64,000 nt of DNA from Acidobacteriota bacterium (GCA_021813555.1 JAKAKG010000203.1:3507-67506), one strand, 5' to 3'. Positions 20,101-31,027 are shown, counted from the stretch's first letter. Made by a program: numbers and translations. The notes: generated by a model from the letters alone, not told the origin.

Positions 20101-20586
20101 TCAGCTTAACACCCGGACGCCCCAGACCGCCAGAATCAGCACGATGAGACTTAAGGTGACCACGAGGAAGGCGGGCTTGTCGAAGATCTCCATGGGCGGC
20201 CTGCGGCGCACCCACATCCACGGCAGGTAGGCCAACAGGAAGGCCCCAGCGAAAAAGACGGCGGCCCCCGCGGGCTGGACCTTCACGGCCTCCACGGGAT
20301 GGCCGTGCATCATCCAGGCGAAGGCCGTGGTCATGCCGCATGAGGGGCAGGGTTTGTGGAACATCTCATAGAACCCGCACGGAGGAAGGTGAAGCTGGGT
20401 GTGGGTGCCCAGGCCCGCCGGATCGGGATGAACCCACCCCGCCAGGGCAAACACCGTGATCAGCGCCGCAAGGACGACGCCGTAGGCCGCGTGCTGAGGG
20501 AGCGATAACCGTCCCGGCGCCTCACCTTTGGCTTCCGAAGCGAGCTGGCTCAGCGGGGCAGACTTCATGGAGACGGACCGTTTCAA
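20101..20586 (-). CDS. Membrane protein with CPxCG motif (DUF2752-like)
   Basis: 161 aa, polytopic, with a CPSCGMT motif. It overlaps the cheC stop by 4 nt, so it is probably co-transcribed. Confidence 0.5.
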   Translation of the reverse strand: MKRSVSMKSAPLSQLASEAKGEAPGRLSLPQHAAYGVVLAALITVFALAGWVHPDPAGLGTHTQLHLPPCGFYEMFHKPCPSCGMTTAFAWMMHGHPVEAVKVQPAGAAVFFAGAFLLAYLPWMWVRRRPPMEIFDKPAFLVVTLSLIVLILAVWGVRVLS

Positions 20587-21206
20587 CCCTTCTTCTGCAG
20601 CCTGTCGATGGCCGTGAGGATGGTCTCGATGGAGCCTGGATCGGGCAAGAGGCAGAAGTGGCCCGTGAAGGTTTTGTCCCTGGTGGCGAAGTCGGTCTGT
20701 ATGACGAGGGCCTGGTGGGTCACCTCCGCGAGTTCGATCAAGAGCAGGTCCACGACGGCTTGCGCCATGTCCATGGAGAACGCGGGTATGGAGGGGATGA
20801 GCGGAATTTTGAGCAGGGAGCCGATAGCCGTCAAGTAGGAGGACGTGAGGATGTTGCCCACTTCCTTCAGCGCTGAGATCTCCATATCCCCCAAAGGTCG
20901 CTTGGGGCCGTCCCCGTCAAAGAGGACGGTGAGGAGGTGCTCCGCCGACGTGCGGGACATGACCACGAGCATGTTGCCTCGGGACCCGCCGTAGACCCTG
21001 AAGAAGAGCCCCACCACCTCCTCTTCGAGTCCGCCCAGCCTGTGGGCCACTTCCGAAAAGGGCACCAGGTTCACCGCGGGAACCTCGAGGGTGATGACCC
21101 GCCGGGTCATCTGGTGGAGGGCCGTGACCGCGTGCCCGGCGCCGATGTTGCTGATCTCGCGGAGGGCATCCAGCTCCCGCTCTTCAATGGGGTGAAACGT
21201 GGCCAT
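20583..21206 (-). CDS. cheC: Chemotaxis phosphatase CheC family
   Basis: Two CheC-type motifs (EISNIGAGHA and LKEVGNILTSSY). Confidence 0.8.
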   Translation of the reverse strand: MATFHPIEERELDALREISNIGAGHAVTALHQMTRRVITLEVPAVNLVPFSEVAHRLGGLEEEVVGLFFRVYGGSRGNMLVVMSRTSAEHLLTVLFDGDGPKRPLGDMEISALKEVGNILTSSYLTAIGSLLKIPLIPSIPAFSMDMAQAVVDLLLIELAEVTHQALVIQTDFATRDKTFTGHFCLLPDPGSIETILTAIDRLQKKG

Positions 21207-21208
21207 GC

Positions 21209-23125
21209 CTAGTCTCCTTCTCTCCTGATGAGGACCCGGCCGTCAAGCACGTAGGCGATCTCTCCCGTGGCCAGAAGCGCCCCGCCCATCCACTCCGACA
21301 CCATCTCCAGGGGCGCGCCCCAGGGCATGATCACCACCCGCTCTCCCTGGTAGACCCGGCTCACGAGGAGCACCCGGTCGCCCTGGGGATGGACCAGGCG
21401 CAGTCCCGCGCCGTCCCGCCCCACCGGGCCCGCCCTCCATTCCAAGACGGGCAGGAGTTCCTCGCCCGCTTGAAGGAAGCGGCGGGTTCCGGACCAGACT
21501 AGGGGCGCGCTGGAGAGGGGATAAATGTGCTGGATCTGGGAGGCGGGGATGCCGTAGCGAACCTCGTCGTCCCATCCGAAAACAAGGACCCTGGTGAGGG
21601 TGGTGGCCGAAGGAATGACGAGGGTGAACCGGCTTCCCCGGCCCTTCTCACTGGCCATTTCCAGGTGGCCCCCCAAGGACTCCACCGCGGACCTCACCAC
21701 GTCGAGACCCACGCCGCGGCCGCTCACATCGGTCACTTCCTTCCGGGTGGAGAAGGCGGGCGCCGTGAGCAGGTCGAGGAGTTTGGTGTGGTCGAGCAGA
21801 GCCGCCTCATGGGGGGCGAAGAGACCCCGGTCCACGGCGGCCTGGCGGATCGCCTCCACATCGATGCCCCGTCCGTCGTCCGCGAAGGAGATGAGGAGGG
21901 CTTCCGACTCCCGGCGGATATCAAGGGTGAGCCGGCCGCCCTCCGCCTTCCCCTCGCGCCGCCGCTCTTCGGGCGCCTCCAGGCCGTGGTCCATGGCGTT
22001 GCGAACGAGGTGGTTGAGGGGATCCAGGAGCCGTTCCAGAAGGCCCCGGTCAACCCGTTCTTCGGCCCCCGAGACGGTGAGGCTCGCCGCCTTCCCGAGC
22101 CGGGAAGAGAGTTCCCTTGCGGTGCGCCCCAGGCGTTCGGCCAGGACTTCAAAGGAGACGAGCCTCATGGACAGGACGCGGTCGAAGAGGCGGTTGAGGT
22201 GGACCCGCTCCGACTCCAGCCAGAAGTGGTGACGGCGCTTTTCTTCGGGCCCCAGCGCGGCTTCGAACTGGTTCAGATGGTAGAGGAGGTCCGAGGCCTG
22301 CTCCCGCAAGGCGTCCAGGTCTTCTGGAGAGACCCGCATGCTCTGCACGAGGGTCCCCTCGGTCCCGGACCGCAGCGGCGGGGCGGAGGCCTGCTCCAAA
22401 TCCACGTCGGCCACGTCGGGGAGGCTTCGGAGGGAGAGGGCCAGATCTTTGAGGAGGGGTCCTGGCGGAACCAGGAACACGGCGGACCGGAGGCCCGCCT
22501 TCACGATGTGCTGGAGGTCGGGTTCCAGGACCGCCGACGGCTCCTCCGCCTTGACGCGCTCGGCCATGACCATGAAGCGCGCCGCCGGCAGGGGACACGA
22601 CGGGTCGATGGAGACCTTGATCCGGGCTCGGGGCCCGGGGGCGGGTGGGGGGCTGCCCGTAACCGGCCTTCCCGGACCCTCGACCGTGGCGGCCGCCTTG
22701 CTCGCCTCCGTGCCAGTCGGGCCGGCGGGGGGGAGTCCGGCCTCGGGCGAGGCAGAGGCCGCCCCCAAACCGGCCACGGACGCCTCAACCCTCGGGGCCA
22801 TGGCCCCGTCGGAGGACTGGCGCTCCACCGCGTCCATGCAGGCGTCCAATACGTCCACCGCATCCAAGGCCGCCGCCCGCTGCTGGGGCGTGGCCTCGGC
22901 GCCTTTCCTCCAATGGTCGAGAAGGGCTTCTAAATCGTGGGAGAGGCGGCTGGTGAGCTCGAACCCCATGGAGGCGGCCATTCCCTTGAGGGAGTGGGCA
23001 TGCCGGAAGAGGTCCGTGACGGCGTCCACGGAAACGGGCCCCTCCAGCGGGAGGCCACGCCGCAGGAGGCTCACGTGCTCTCGGCCCTCACTCAGGTAGA
23101 GTTCGAGGTACTTGGATAGGTCCAT
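21209..23125 (-). CDS. cheA: Chemotaxis histidine kinase CheA
   Basis: HPt domain (HSLKGMAASMGF), HATPase_c (GRGIDVE...GRGVGLDVV) and a C-terminal CheW-like domain. Confidence 0.9.
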   Translation of the reverse strand: MDLSKYLELYLSEGREHVSLLRRGLPLEGPVSVDAVTDLFRHAHSLKGMAASMGFELTSRLSHDLEALLDHWRKGAEATPQQRAAALDAVDVLDACMDAVERQSSDGAMAPRVEASVAGLGAASASPEAGLPPAGPTGTEASKAAATVEGPGRPVTGSPPPAPGPRARIKVSIDPSCPLPAARFMVMAERVKAEEPSAVLEPDLQHIVKAGLRSAVFLVPPGPLLKDLALSLRSLPDVADVDLEQASAPPLRSGTEGTLVQSMRVSPEDLDALREQASDLLYHLNQFEAALGPEEKRRHHFWLESERVHLNRLFDRVLSMRLVSFEVLAERLGRTARELSSRLGKAASLTVSGAEERVDRGLLERLLDPLNHLVRNAMDHGLEAPEERRREGKAEGGRLTLDIRRESEALLISFADDGRGIDVEAIRQAAVDRGLFAPHEAALLDHTKLLDLLTAPAFSTRKEVTDVSGRGVGLDVVRSAVESLGGHLEMASEKGRGSRFTLVIPSATTLTRVLVFGWDDEVRYGIPASQIQHIYPLSSAPLVWSGTRRFLQAGEELLPVLEWRAGPVGRDGAGLRLVHPQGDRVLLVSRVYQGERVVIMPWGAPLEMVSEWMGGALLATGEIAYVLDGRVLIRREGD

Positions 23126-23158
23126 CCCCGCCTCACCGGTGGCCGGGACCCGGCCCGA

Positions 23159-23527
23159 TCATCCCGCCACGACGGAGTCGAGGACCTTGAGCACCTTCTC
23201 CGCCGAGAAGGGCTTCACGATAAAGTCCTTGGCGCCTGCGGCGATGGACTCGATGACCAGGGCCTCCTGCCCGAGAGCCGAGCACATGACCACCCTCGCC
23301 TTCGGGCTCTGTTTGAGGATCTCCCTCGTGGCCTCGATTCCGTCCATCTGGGGCATGACGATGTCCATGGTCACCAGATCGGGGCTGAGGCTCCTGTACT
23401 GCTCCACCGCCTCCTGGCCGTTGGCCGCCTCACCCACCACTTCGTAGGCACCTGAGTTCACGAGGATGTCCCGGATCATGGCCCGCATGAACATGGCGTC
23501 GTCCACCACGAGTACCTTATGAGGCAT
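23159..23527 (-). CDS. cheY: Chemotaxis response regulator CheY
   Basis: 122-aa receiver domain (VLVVDD...D...K), standalone. Confidence 0.9.
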   Translation of the reverse strand: MPHKVLVVDDAMFMRAMIRDILVNSGAYEVVGEAANGQEAVEQYRSLSPDLVTMDIVMPQMDGIEATREILKQSPKARVVMCSALGQEALVIESIAAGAKDFIVKPFSAEKVLKVLDSVVAG

Positions 23528-23972
23528 GCTCCCTCCCTGTTGATTGGCTGCGAATGGCCAGGGCCATGGCCCTGGCCAGTTCGGCGGCCGCGGCCGCCGG
23601 ATTGATGACGCTGACCCACACCTCCTGCCAGGGGTACACCCCGGCCCAGATTCCTTCCGCCCCTTCCTCGCGCAGCGCGAGCTCGTGGAAGGGGATGACG
23701 CTCTCGATAGCCGGAACCGCGAAGCCCAAGTTCGGCGCGGGCGCCGCCAGCCGCAGCAAAAGCCCTTCCTGGAGGGATTCCTCCGCCTCCCCGATGAGCG
23801 TCGACGTGTTCACCACGGTGATGAGCCGCCCCCTCATGAACGCCGTGGCCATGAGGTGGGGGAAGGGTTGAGCCAGCGGGAAGAGGCGCGGCATGGCGGC
23901 GATCTCCTCGAGGTGGCCCGTGGCCCAGCCCACCCTGCGCGTACCGATCCTCGTGACGAGCAACTGCTGCAC
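23517..23972 (-). CDS. cheW: CheW-like coupling protein
   Basis: 151 aa sitting between cheY and the mcp gene with a CheW-like pattern. The assignment is weaker than for the other che genes. Confidence 0.6.
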   Translation of the reverse strand: MQQLLVTRIGTRRVGWATGHLEEIAAMPRLFPLAQPFPHLMATAFMRGRLITVVNTSTLIGEAEESLQEGLLLRLAAPAPNLGFAVPAIESVIPFHELALREEGAEGIWAGVYPWQEVWVSVINPAAAAAELARAMALAIRSQSTGREHAS

Positions 23973-24003
23973 CCTGGAGATCTCCTGGCGGGTTCCGGCC
24001 CCG

Positions 24004-25245
24004 CTATAGCTTGAATCTGTCCACGAGGGACCGGAGGCGGTTGGCCTCCGAAAGCAGAGCCTGGGCCTGCTGGTTGATGGACTCCATGCTGGCCGTGGTC
24101 TCTTCCGTGGCGGCGGAGGCCTCCTGGGTGCCCGCGGCGTTGTCCGTGGCCACGCCCTGAATCTCCTCCATGACGCCGCTGAGCTGTTCCATTCCCTCGG
24201 CTTGGCTCACGGCTCCCTGGGCGATGGTGCGCACGGAATCCTGCGTTCCCGTGGCTCCGGCGGTGATGCGCGTGAGAGCCTCGGTTACGGCCGCGGTCTT
24301 GCGGTGCCCCAGTTGGGCCGCCGTGCGCGTTTCTTCCATTCGTGTGGAGACTTCCTGCGTCCGCCCCGTGATGTTCTGGGCGAGGCGCGCGATCTGAGCG
24401 GCCATTTCCCTGGTGTTCTCCGCCAGACGGCGCACCTCCTCGGCCACGACGGCGAAGCCCCGGCCCGCTTCCCCGGCCCGGGCCGCCTCGATGGTGGCAT
24501 TGAGGGCGAGGATGTGGGTCTGATGGCTGAGGGTGGTGATGCCCTCCACGAGGGCGTGGATCTCCGTGGCTTGGTCCTTGAACGTGTGGACCTGGCCCGT
24601 GGACTGCTCCACCTGGGCCAGGATGTCGCTCATGGCCCGGCTCGCCTCCTCGGCCGCGGCAGCGCCCTCGGCGGCGCGGCGGGCGGAGACCGAGGCCTCC
24701 TCCTCCGCGGAGCGGCTCCGGTCGGCGATGACGAGGGCCGTGGTGGCGATCTTTTGGGTCACCTCCGCGGCGCGCTCTACGCTGGATGCCTGGGTTTCGG
24801 CCCCTTTGGCGATGTTCTGGATGTTGGCCGCCACTTCGGATGTACTGGCGGTAACCTCGGTGGTGGAGACGGACAGGTTCTGGACGGCCTCGTACATGAG
24901 GCCCGTGCTGGTCTGCACCTGCCGGACGATATCGCGGAGGCTCGCCATCATGGTCCTGAGTGACCCCGCGAGCATCCCCACCTCGTCGTCCGTCTCGACC
25001 CGAACGTCCTGCGACAAGTCACCCTCGGCCACCTTTTGGCTGGCCTCCGCCAGGCTCACGAGGCGCCTTGTCAGGAAGCGGGCCCCCGCCCATGCGGACA
25101 GGAGGGCCATGGCCAGGCCGGTGAAGAAGACGATGAGGCGGTTCTGGGACAAGTCGTGGGGGTTGATCCAGTAGTCGAGGGCAAGGCCCACGAGGATGGG
25201 CAGCATGACGGCGCCGACGAAGGCCCACGCGATTTTCTTTCTCAT
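24004..25245 (-). CDS. Methyl-accepting chemotaxis protein (two TM helices, minimal periplasmic loop, HAMP + MA domain)
   Basis: The ATG at 25245 ([10 protein letters not shown]) overlaps the cheR stop. It carries a HAMP domain and an Ala/Glu-rich methyl-accepting signalling domain. Confidence 0.85.
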   Translation of the reverse strand: MRKKIAWAFVGAVMLPILVGLALDYWINPHDLSQNRLIVFFTGLAMALLSAWAGARFLTRRLVSLAEASQKVAEGDLSQDVRVETDDEVGMLAGSLRTMMASLRDIVRQVQTSTGLMYEAVQNLSVSTTEVTASTSEVAANIQNIAKGAETQASSVERAAEVTQKIATTALVIADRSRSAEEEASVSARRAAEGAAAAEEASRAMSDILAQVEQSTGQVHTFKDQATEIHALVEGITTLSHQTHILALNATIEAARAGEAGRGFAVVAEEVRRLAENTREMAAQIARLAQNITGRTQEVSTRMEETRTAAQLGHRKTAAVTEALTRITAGATGTQDSVRTIAQGAVSQAEGMEQLSGVMEEIQGVATDNAAGTQEASAATEETTASMESINQQAQALLSEANRLRSLVDRFKL

Positions 25246-26042
25246 CCCGCTCCCCCAGTCCGTTCGTAGATGCGTGCGTCCCTCTCCACGAGGGCCCACG
25301 GCCCCAGGGCGGCGCGGGGCAGGATTTCCACGCGCCCCAAGACCAGGAGTCCGCCGGGAACCAGGGCCCTCGCCGCCTCATGAAGGAGGCGGCCCTGGGC
25401 CGATTCAGTCAAGTAAATGAAAAAGTTTCTCATCATGACCAGGTGAACGCCGTCCGCCGGTATTCCGCCGCCCAGATCACAGCAGACGGGCTGGATGCGG
25501 GCGGCGATGTCCTCCGTTATCCTGGACGTCTCTCCCTCGTCTCTAAAATACCTCGCCCTCCGCCGCAAGTCCACCTTTTCCGTGGAGCGCCGGGGCCAGA
25601 GGCCGGTTCGAAGCGCGCCCAGAGACCGGCGGGATCGGTCCAAGGCCACGATATGGCCCCGCAGGCCGAGTTCGCTCAGGAGGATGGCCAGGCTCACCGC
25701 CTCTTCCCCGGTTGAGCAGGGTGCGCACACGGCGCGGAGGGCGGTCCACCCCGGGCGGGACGTCCTGGCGACGAGCTCCCGGCCCAAGGCATGAAACACT
25801 TCGGGATTCCGGAAGAACTCGGTGGTAGGAACCAGGAATTTGGAGGCCAGGGTCAGGGCCTCCGCGGGGTCGCCGCGTACAAGGGCGAGATAGGATGCCA
25901 CGTCCGGTGTTCCCGTGGCCCTCATGCGGGACCAGAGGCGCCGGGCAAGGAAGGCGGGACGGTAGATCTCTCCCTCCATGCCTAGAGCTTGGGCCATCCA
26001 GGCCCTCAGGGCAAGCAAATCTTCGTCCTTGAGCTTCAGCAT
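25242..26042 (-). CDS. cheR: Chemotaxis protein methyltransferase CheR
   Basis: The track ORF 25242..26321 is trimmed to the ATG at 26042 ([10 protein letters not shown]). Motifs are [29 protein letters not shown] and MRNFFIYL. Confidence 0.85.
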   Translation of the reverse strand: MLKLKDEDLLALRAWMAQALGMEGEIYRPAFLARRLWSRMRATGTPDVASYLALVRGDPAEALTLASKFLVPTTEFFRNPEVFHALGRELVARTSRPGWTALRAVCAPCSTGEEAVSLAILLSELGLRGHIVALDRSRRSLGALRTGLWPRRSTEKVDLRRRARYFRDEGETSRITEDIAARIQPVCCDLGGGIPADGVHLVMMRNFFIYLTESAQGRLLHEAARALVPGGLLVLGRVEILPRAALGPWALVERDARIYERTGGAG

Positions 26043-27457
26043 GGCCGGTCCCCGGTGGGAGGCGGAGCAAATACGAGCCGCTGGGACTCGGAGGTCCGTC
26101 CCAGAGCCTCGGGTGCCTCGCAGCCAAGGAGCGTGCAGGCAAAGGCCGGATCCATTTGATGTGGCGGAGCATACGCGCGAAGGACGTCCTCGACGGAAAG
26201 GCGCTCGGAGGGATCCTCCCGGCCCGCGGCCGCGAGGAAGTTGCGCGCGGGATCCGGGGGCTCGATGGGAAAGTCTGTGCCCATGCGGAGGGGCACTCCG
26301 GCCCGAAGGAGGGAGCCCCACCGGTAGGCCCGGGACATCCGCCCGCCGAGGCGTTTACCCGCCCAACTTCTGTCCGAGAGATAGTGGCAGGGTTGGATGC
26401 CCGCCGCGAGGCCCAGGGCCGCCATGCGCCTCACATCGCCGTCTGAGACGAGCTGAGCGTGCTCTATGCGAACGCCCGCCGTGCCCCACATGGCAGCGGC
26501 GTCCAGGACTTGCCCCACGGCCCGGTCTCCGATGGCGTGGACCGCCGGCACCAGCCCCGCCGCTCTGGCTTCCTTCAAGACACGAGCCATTTCCTCCGTC
26601 TCCCACAGGAGAAATCCCTCCGTGCCGGTAGCATCGCTGTAGGGCTCGCGCAGCGCGGCGCCGCGGCTTCCCAATGCGCCGTCGGCGAAGAGCTTGATCC
26701 CCCTCAGGTGAAAGCGGGAGCCCGTCGCCGGGGCGGGCAGATCGCGCTGGCCGGGGCGCACCCACGCGAAGCCCTCTACGGGAAGGGGCAGGGCTCCCTC
26801 GCGGTCCAGCGACGCCAGGACGTCCACGTGGGCGGGCTCCAGTCCCATGTCCGTGACCCCGGCGAGGCCCGCCCCCAGGAGGTGATTCAGGGCATTGAGA
26901 ACACGGCGGCGCAGATCTTCGAACGAAGGATCGGGCACGTGGGCGGCGACGCGCTCCATGGCCGTGTCCAGAAGGATGCCCGAAAGGCGGCCCCCGTCGC
27001 GTAAGAAGGCGCCGCCAGGAGGATCGGGAGCGTCTTCTCCGATGCCCGCGGCGGCCAAGGCCGCGGAGTTCACCCAGGCGGCGTGGCCATCCACCCGCCG
27101 CAGATAAACGGGCCGGCTGGGAAAGAGGCGATCCAACGATGCACGGCCCGGGTAGACCCCTCCCCAAAGGTTCTGGTCCCAGCCGAATCCTTCGACCCAC
27201 GCGCCCGGTGACGGGCCAGCCGCTTCCCGGACCAGGCGATTCAAAGCCTCATCTACGCTGGAGCATCCGCGCAGGTCGGCCTGCTCCAACAGGGCGCCGA
27301 GCCACGCCACGTGGCCGTGGTGGTCCCACAGGGGCGGAAGGACAAGGAGGCAGGGGGCTTCGCGCAGCGGGCCGTCAGAGGGCAGGAGGGAGGCTACCCC
27401 CAGTTTGGGCGCGACCTGGACGGGACCTTTGCCTGGTACCCATCGAAAGAGGTCCAA
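26036..27457 (-). CDS. Amidohydrolase-family metal-dependent hydrolase
   Basis: 473 aa with an HxH-like metal motif (WDHHGH), an HAIGD motif and a TIM-barrel hydrolase pattern. It overlaps the cheR start by 7 nt. Confidence 0.75.
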   Translation of the reverse strand: MDLFRWVPGKGPVQVAPKLGVASLLPSDGPLREAPCLLVLPPLWDHHGHVAWLGALLEQADLRGCSSVDEALNRLVREAAGPSPGAWVEGFGWDQNLWGGVYPGRASLDRLFPSRPVYLRRVDGHAAWVNSAALAAAGIGEDAPDPPGGAFLRDGGRLSGILLDTAMERVAAHVPDPSFEDLRRRVLNALNHLLGAGLAGVTDMGLEPAHVDVLASLDREGALPLPVEGFAWVRPGQRDLPAPATGSRFHLRGIKLFADGALGSRGAALREPYSDATGTEGFLLWETEEMARVLKEARAAGLVPAVHAIGDRAVGQVLDAAAMWGTAGVRIEHAQLVSDGDVRRMAALGLAAGIQPCHYLSDRSWAGKRLGGRMSRAYRWGSLLRAGVPLRMGTDFPIEPPDPARNFLAAAGREDPSERLSVEDVLRAYAPPHQMDPAFACTLLGCEAPEALGRTSESQRLVFAPPPTGDRPC

Positions 27458-27583
27458 TTAACCCCCTTTTGGCCGTGGCTCAAGTCGGGTGCCTCTCGTC
27501 CGCCACCCACACGCTTACGAGCGAGAGCGAAAAGTCCAGCCGCCGACGCCCGAACCGGGCTTCCCTTTGAGTCCACTGTCCCC

Positions 27584-28888
27584 CTACAAGGTCCCCAGCG
27601 CGTCCTGGAGATCCCGCTGAATGTCTTCGACCCGTTCGAGCCCCACGCTGATCCGGATACCTCCCGGATCGATGCCGGCGGCCATTTGCGCCTCTACGGG
27701 GAGGGGCGCGTGGGTCATGGAGGAGGGATGCTCGATGAGGGTTCGGATCTGCCCGAGGGAAACGGCCAGGGTCACGCTCAAGGCGTGGTCCGCCAAATGG
27801 TTCATGACCTTGCGTCCGGATTCCCTCGCCTCTTCGGGGCTGCCCTTCAGAACGAAGTAGATCAGGATGCCCGGGGCGAACTTCCCGTCCGAGTCCACCA
27901 TCTGCTTCTGAGCGAGGGCGTGCTGCGGGTGGCTGGGCAGGCCGGGATAGACCACGCGCGCCACGGCGGGATGTCCGTCGAGGAAGCGTGCGAGGGCCAG
28001 AGCCGTCTCCATCTGCCGGCCGGTCCTCAGACCGAGGGTCGGCAGGCCATAGACCAGGGGCGGCCACGCGGCTTTCGGGGCCAGAGGCGCCCCAAAATCT
28101 TTGCGGAAAAGGAGGATGTCCGGCTCCAGAAGGCGGGGTCCCACCCACATGCCCCCCATGTCGGTGCCGAAGCCGCCCACGTTCTTGGTGATGGACTCCA
28201 CCACCACGTCGGCACCGAGGGTGATGGGGCGCTGGCAGAAGGGCGTGGCGAACGTGTTGTCCACGACGATGAAAATCCGCCGCTTCTTGGGATTCCGAGC
28301 GGCGTTGGCCCTGTCCACCGCTGCCCGGACCGCGCCCACGTCCACCAGCTCCAGAATGGGGTTGCTGGGCGTCTCGAAATAGACGGCCGCCACCTCCTGA
28401 GTGAGGGCCTTGTCCAGGGCATCAAGGTCGAGGCAGTTCATCATCTTGACCGTGACCCCGAAACGGGGCAGCCAATTCGTAAGGAGCGAGTAGGTGCACC
28501 CGTAGAGCGTGTGGTGCGCGAGCAGAGTGTCCCCCGATTTGGCCAGGACGCAGAGACTGGCGGCGATGGCCGCCATGCCCGTGGAAAAGGCAACTCCGCA
28601 CTCGCCCTCTTCCGCCGCCGCCATGTTGTCCTCAAGCATGGAACGGGAGGGTTCGTCCAGCCGGTCGTAGATATAAATGGGCGGGTGCGTGTGGCGGTTG
28701 AACTCGGGGTTCGCGAACTCCTGGAACCCTTCGGCACCCCGCTCCGCGCTGCGCAAGCGGTAGGCGGCTGACGCGGAGATGGGCGGCACGATGTGGTCGC
28801 TGTAATCCCAGTGAGGCGAGTGGAAGTCGCCATGGATGAGACGGGTTTCCTTATGGTATCCCTTGTCGTGCTCGTGTTTTCGGGTCAT
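27584..28888 (-). CDS. PLP-dependent trans-sulfuration enzyme (cystathionine gamma-synthase / O-acetylhomoserine sulfhydrylase / methionine gamma-lyase family)
   Basis: The ATG at 28888 (MTRKHEHDKGY) has a strong SD (AAAGGGGGGAG). It belongs to the Cys/Met metabolism PLP family, with the likely PLP-lysine in ESITKNVGG. Confidence 0.85.
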   Translation of the reverse strand: MTRKHEHDKGYHKETRLIHGDFHSPHWDYSDHIVPPISASAAYRLRSAERGAEGFQEFANPEFNRHTHPPIYIYDRLDEPSRSMLEDNMAAAEEGECGVAFSTGMAAIAASLCVLAKSGDTLLAHHTLYGCTYSLLTNWLPRFGVTVKMMNCLDLDALDKALTQEVAAVYFETPSNPILELVDVGAVRAAVDRANAARNPKKRRIFIVVDNTFATPFCQRPITLGADVVVESITKNVGGFGTDMGGMWVGPRLLEPDILLFRKDFGAPLAPKAAWPPLVYGLPTLGLRTGRQMETALALARFLDGHPAVARVVYPGLPSHPQHALAQKQMVDSDGKFAPGILIYFVLKGSPEEARESGRKVMNHLADHALSVTLAVSLGQIRTLIEHPSSMTHAPLPVEAQMAAGIDPGGIRISVGLERVEDIQRDLQDALGTL

Positions 28889-29092
28889 GGTTCTCCCCCC
28901 TTTAAGCAGTTTATATTCTACACCATGCCCGGCCGTTACGAGCCTCACCGCGGGACGTTGGTCGCGGTGGCCTCCTCTGGACGATGAGGGGCAGCGAAGC
29001 GGGGCTGGCGCCTCCTTTCGCGCGGTGGCCGGCAAACGTGAACGAGGGCGGGTCCGTGAACCCGCCCTCGCCGGTGTACCGCAGCGCAGTGG

Positions 29093-29677
29093 CTAGGAGT
29101 TGTGCTTCTGGAAGTAGGCCTTCGCCCCCTGAGGATCGGCCTTCATGGTGTCGTCTCCGGGCTTCCAGTTGGCGGGGCAGACCTCGCCGGTCCGCTTCAC
29201 AGTCTGGATGGCCTGAAGGGTTCGGAGGGTCTCGTCCACGCTTCGGCCGATGCCGAGGTTGTTGATGGTGGCGTGCTGGATGACGCCCTCGTCGTCGATG
29301 ATGAACAGGCCGCGCAGGGCCATGCCACCGTCGAGGAGCACGTCGTAGTCGCGGCTGAGGGTCTTGTTCAAGTCCGCCAGGTGGGGGAAGGGCAGCACGC
29401 CCAAGCCGCCCTCTTTGCGGGGCGTCTGCTGCCAGGCCAGGTGGACGAACTGGCTGTCCACGGAGGCCGCCATCACCTCGGCCCCAAGCTTCTTGAAGTG
29501 ATCGTAGGCGTCGGCGAAGGCCGTGATCTCCGTGGGGCAGACGAAGGTGTAGTCCAGGGGATAAAAGAACAGCACGACGTACTTGCCTTTGTAATCGGAG
29601 AGCTTGACCTTCTTGAAACCACCCTCTGCGACCGCGTCGATTTCAAATTGCGGAGCTTTCTGTCCTACCAGACTCAT
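29093..29677 (-). CDS. ahpC: 2-Cys peroxiredoxin (AhpC/Prx1 type)
   Basis: The ATG at 29677 ([11 protein letters not shown]) is preceded by GGAGG. The peroxidatic motif is [13 protein letters not shown] and the resolving motif is GEVCPANW. Confidence 0.9.
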   Translation of the reverse strand: MSLVGQKAPQFEIDAVAEGGFKKVKLSDYKGKYVVLFFYPLDYTFVCPTEITAFADAYDHFKKLGAEVMAASVDSQFVHLAWQQTPRKEGGLGVLPFPHLADLNKTLSRDYDVLLDGGMALRGLFIIDDEGVIQHATINNLGIGRSVDETLRTLQAIQTVKRTGEVCPANWKPGDDTMKADPQGAKAYFQKHNS

Positions 29678-29988
29678 GATGGGCCTCCTTCCGCGCACCT
29701 GGCGCTCGGTTCGGGTTAGACAAACCTCTTCGGGGAATCCCCCCACTCACCACTTAGCAAAGGGCGTACCATACCAAACCGATGATTTTAATGGCTTTGT
29801 TTCTCGCGTGAAACCCAGCAGGGCCTTGGGGCGTTACACCAAGGGAACGAGAATGCTTCGCTGCCGCTTGGCGTTCAAGGGTTATGAAGAGTGAGAATGC
29901 CCGCAACTAATAAGGAGGCCCAGGGACCGTGCTCGTGCGGGCCAAGTCTGGTACGCCACTTGCTGAGGTTAACCTTTGTGGAGGCCCG

Positions 29989-30396
29989 ATGCAGACTCTC
30001 TTGACGGTCAAGACCCATTTTTCCGCCGCGCACCGGCTTTACCAGCCCGCCTGGGACGATGTCAAGAACGACCAAGTCTTCGGGCTGTGCGCCAACCCCA
30101 ACGGCCATGGCCACAACTACGAGCTGGAGGTCACCGTGGAGGGTCCCGTGAACCAGGAAACGGGCATGATCATGGACATGAAAGCCCTCAAGACTCTTAT
30201 CCAAGAGGTGGTTCTTGACCGCGTTGATCACAAGCACCTGAACCTCGACGTGCCCTTTCTGAGAGGGATCATCCCCACGGCCGAGAACCTCGCCGTGGCC
30301 TTTTGGGAGGTCCTGGATCCCAGGATCCCCGCCGGGAGACTGTATGAACTTCGACTCCAAGAAACCGAGCGCAATATCGCCGTCGTCCGCCGCTGA
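29989..30396 (+). CDS. queD: 6-carboxytetrahydropterin synthase / 6-pyruvoyl-tetrahydropterin synthase family
   Basis: ATG at 29989, with the motifs [17 protein letters not shown]...[15 protein letters not shown]. Confidence 0.9.
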   Translation: MQTLLTVKTHFSAAHRLYQPAWDDVKNDQVFGLCANPNGHGHNYELEVTVEGPVNQETGMIMDMKALKTLIQEVVLDRVDHKHLNLDVPFLRGIIPTAENLAVAFWEVLDPRIPAGRLYELRLQETERNIAVVRR

Positions 30397-30451
30397 GGCC
30401 GCCGACCTGCACCGTTCCGTAGGCGCCGCAGCGGCGCTCCACTTCGTGCCC

Positions 30452-31027
30452 ATGGAGGAGGATCGGCTGGAGCCGGGCGACGCCATGGAGCCCATGGTGG
30501 CGGGCATGCTCGATGCCCTCGGCGAAGATCCGGCCCGCGAGGGGCTGGAGCGGACCCCCCACCGCGTATCCAAAGCCATGCGGTTTCTGACGTCCGGGTA
30601 CACCACGGACCTGGCTGAAGTCGTGAATGGGGCGGTCTTCGACGCCGAAGGTTACCAGGAAATGGTTTTGGTCAAGGAGATTGAGTTCTACTCCCTCTGC
30701 GAGCATCACATGCTCCCCTTCTTCGGCAAGGTCTCCGTGGCCTACCTGCCTCACAAGAAGATCATTGGCCTCTCCAAGATCCCCCGGCTGGTGGATGTCT
30801 TCGCCCGGCGGCTTCAGGTCCAGGAGCGCATGACCCAGCAGGTGGCCGAAGCCATCGATGCGATCCTCGCCCCGAGAGGCGTGGCGGTGTCGGCCACGGG
30901 GTTTCACCTCTGCATGGCCATGCGCGGGGTGGAAAAGCAGGCCAGCCAGACCACCACGACGGCGTTTACGGGGCTGTTTCTAGGGGACAAGGACCTGCGC
31001 CGGGAGTTTCTCGTCCAGATTCGATAG
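30452..31027 (+). CDS. folE: GTP cyclohydrolase I
   Basis: Motifs [29 protein letters not shown] and [15 protein letters not shown]. The track ORF 30344..31027 overlaps queD; the ATG at 30452 was chosen instead. Confidence 0.85.
   Translation: MEEDRLEPGDAMEPMVAGMLDALGEDPAREGLERTPHRVSKAMRFLTSGYTTDLAEVVNGAVFDAEGYQEMVLVKEIEFYSLCEHHMLPFFGKVSVAYLPHKKIIGLSKIPRLVDVFARRLQVQERMTQQVAEAIDAILAPRGVAVSATGFHLCMAMRGVEKQASQTTTTAFTGLFLGDKDLRREFLVQIR

Noticed and set aside
27311-28771. 486-aa plus-strand ORF
   Set aside because: It lies entirely antisense to the PLP-dependent trans-sulfuration gene (27584..28888), and its Gly/Arg/Pro-rich translation is typical of antisense high-GC DNA.
29900-29988. preQ1 riboswitch upstream of queD
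   Set aside because: The characteristic small hairpin plus A-rich tail was not found; the region contains only an AGGTTAACCT palindrome.
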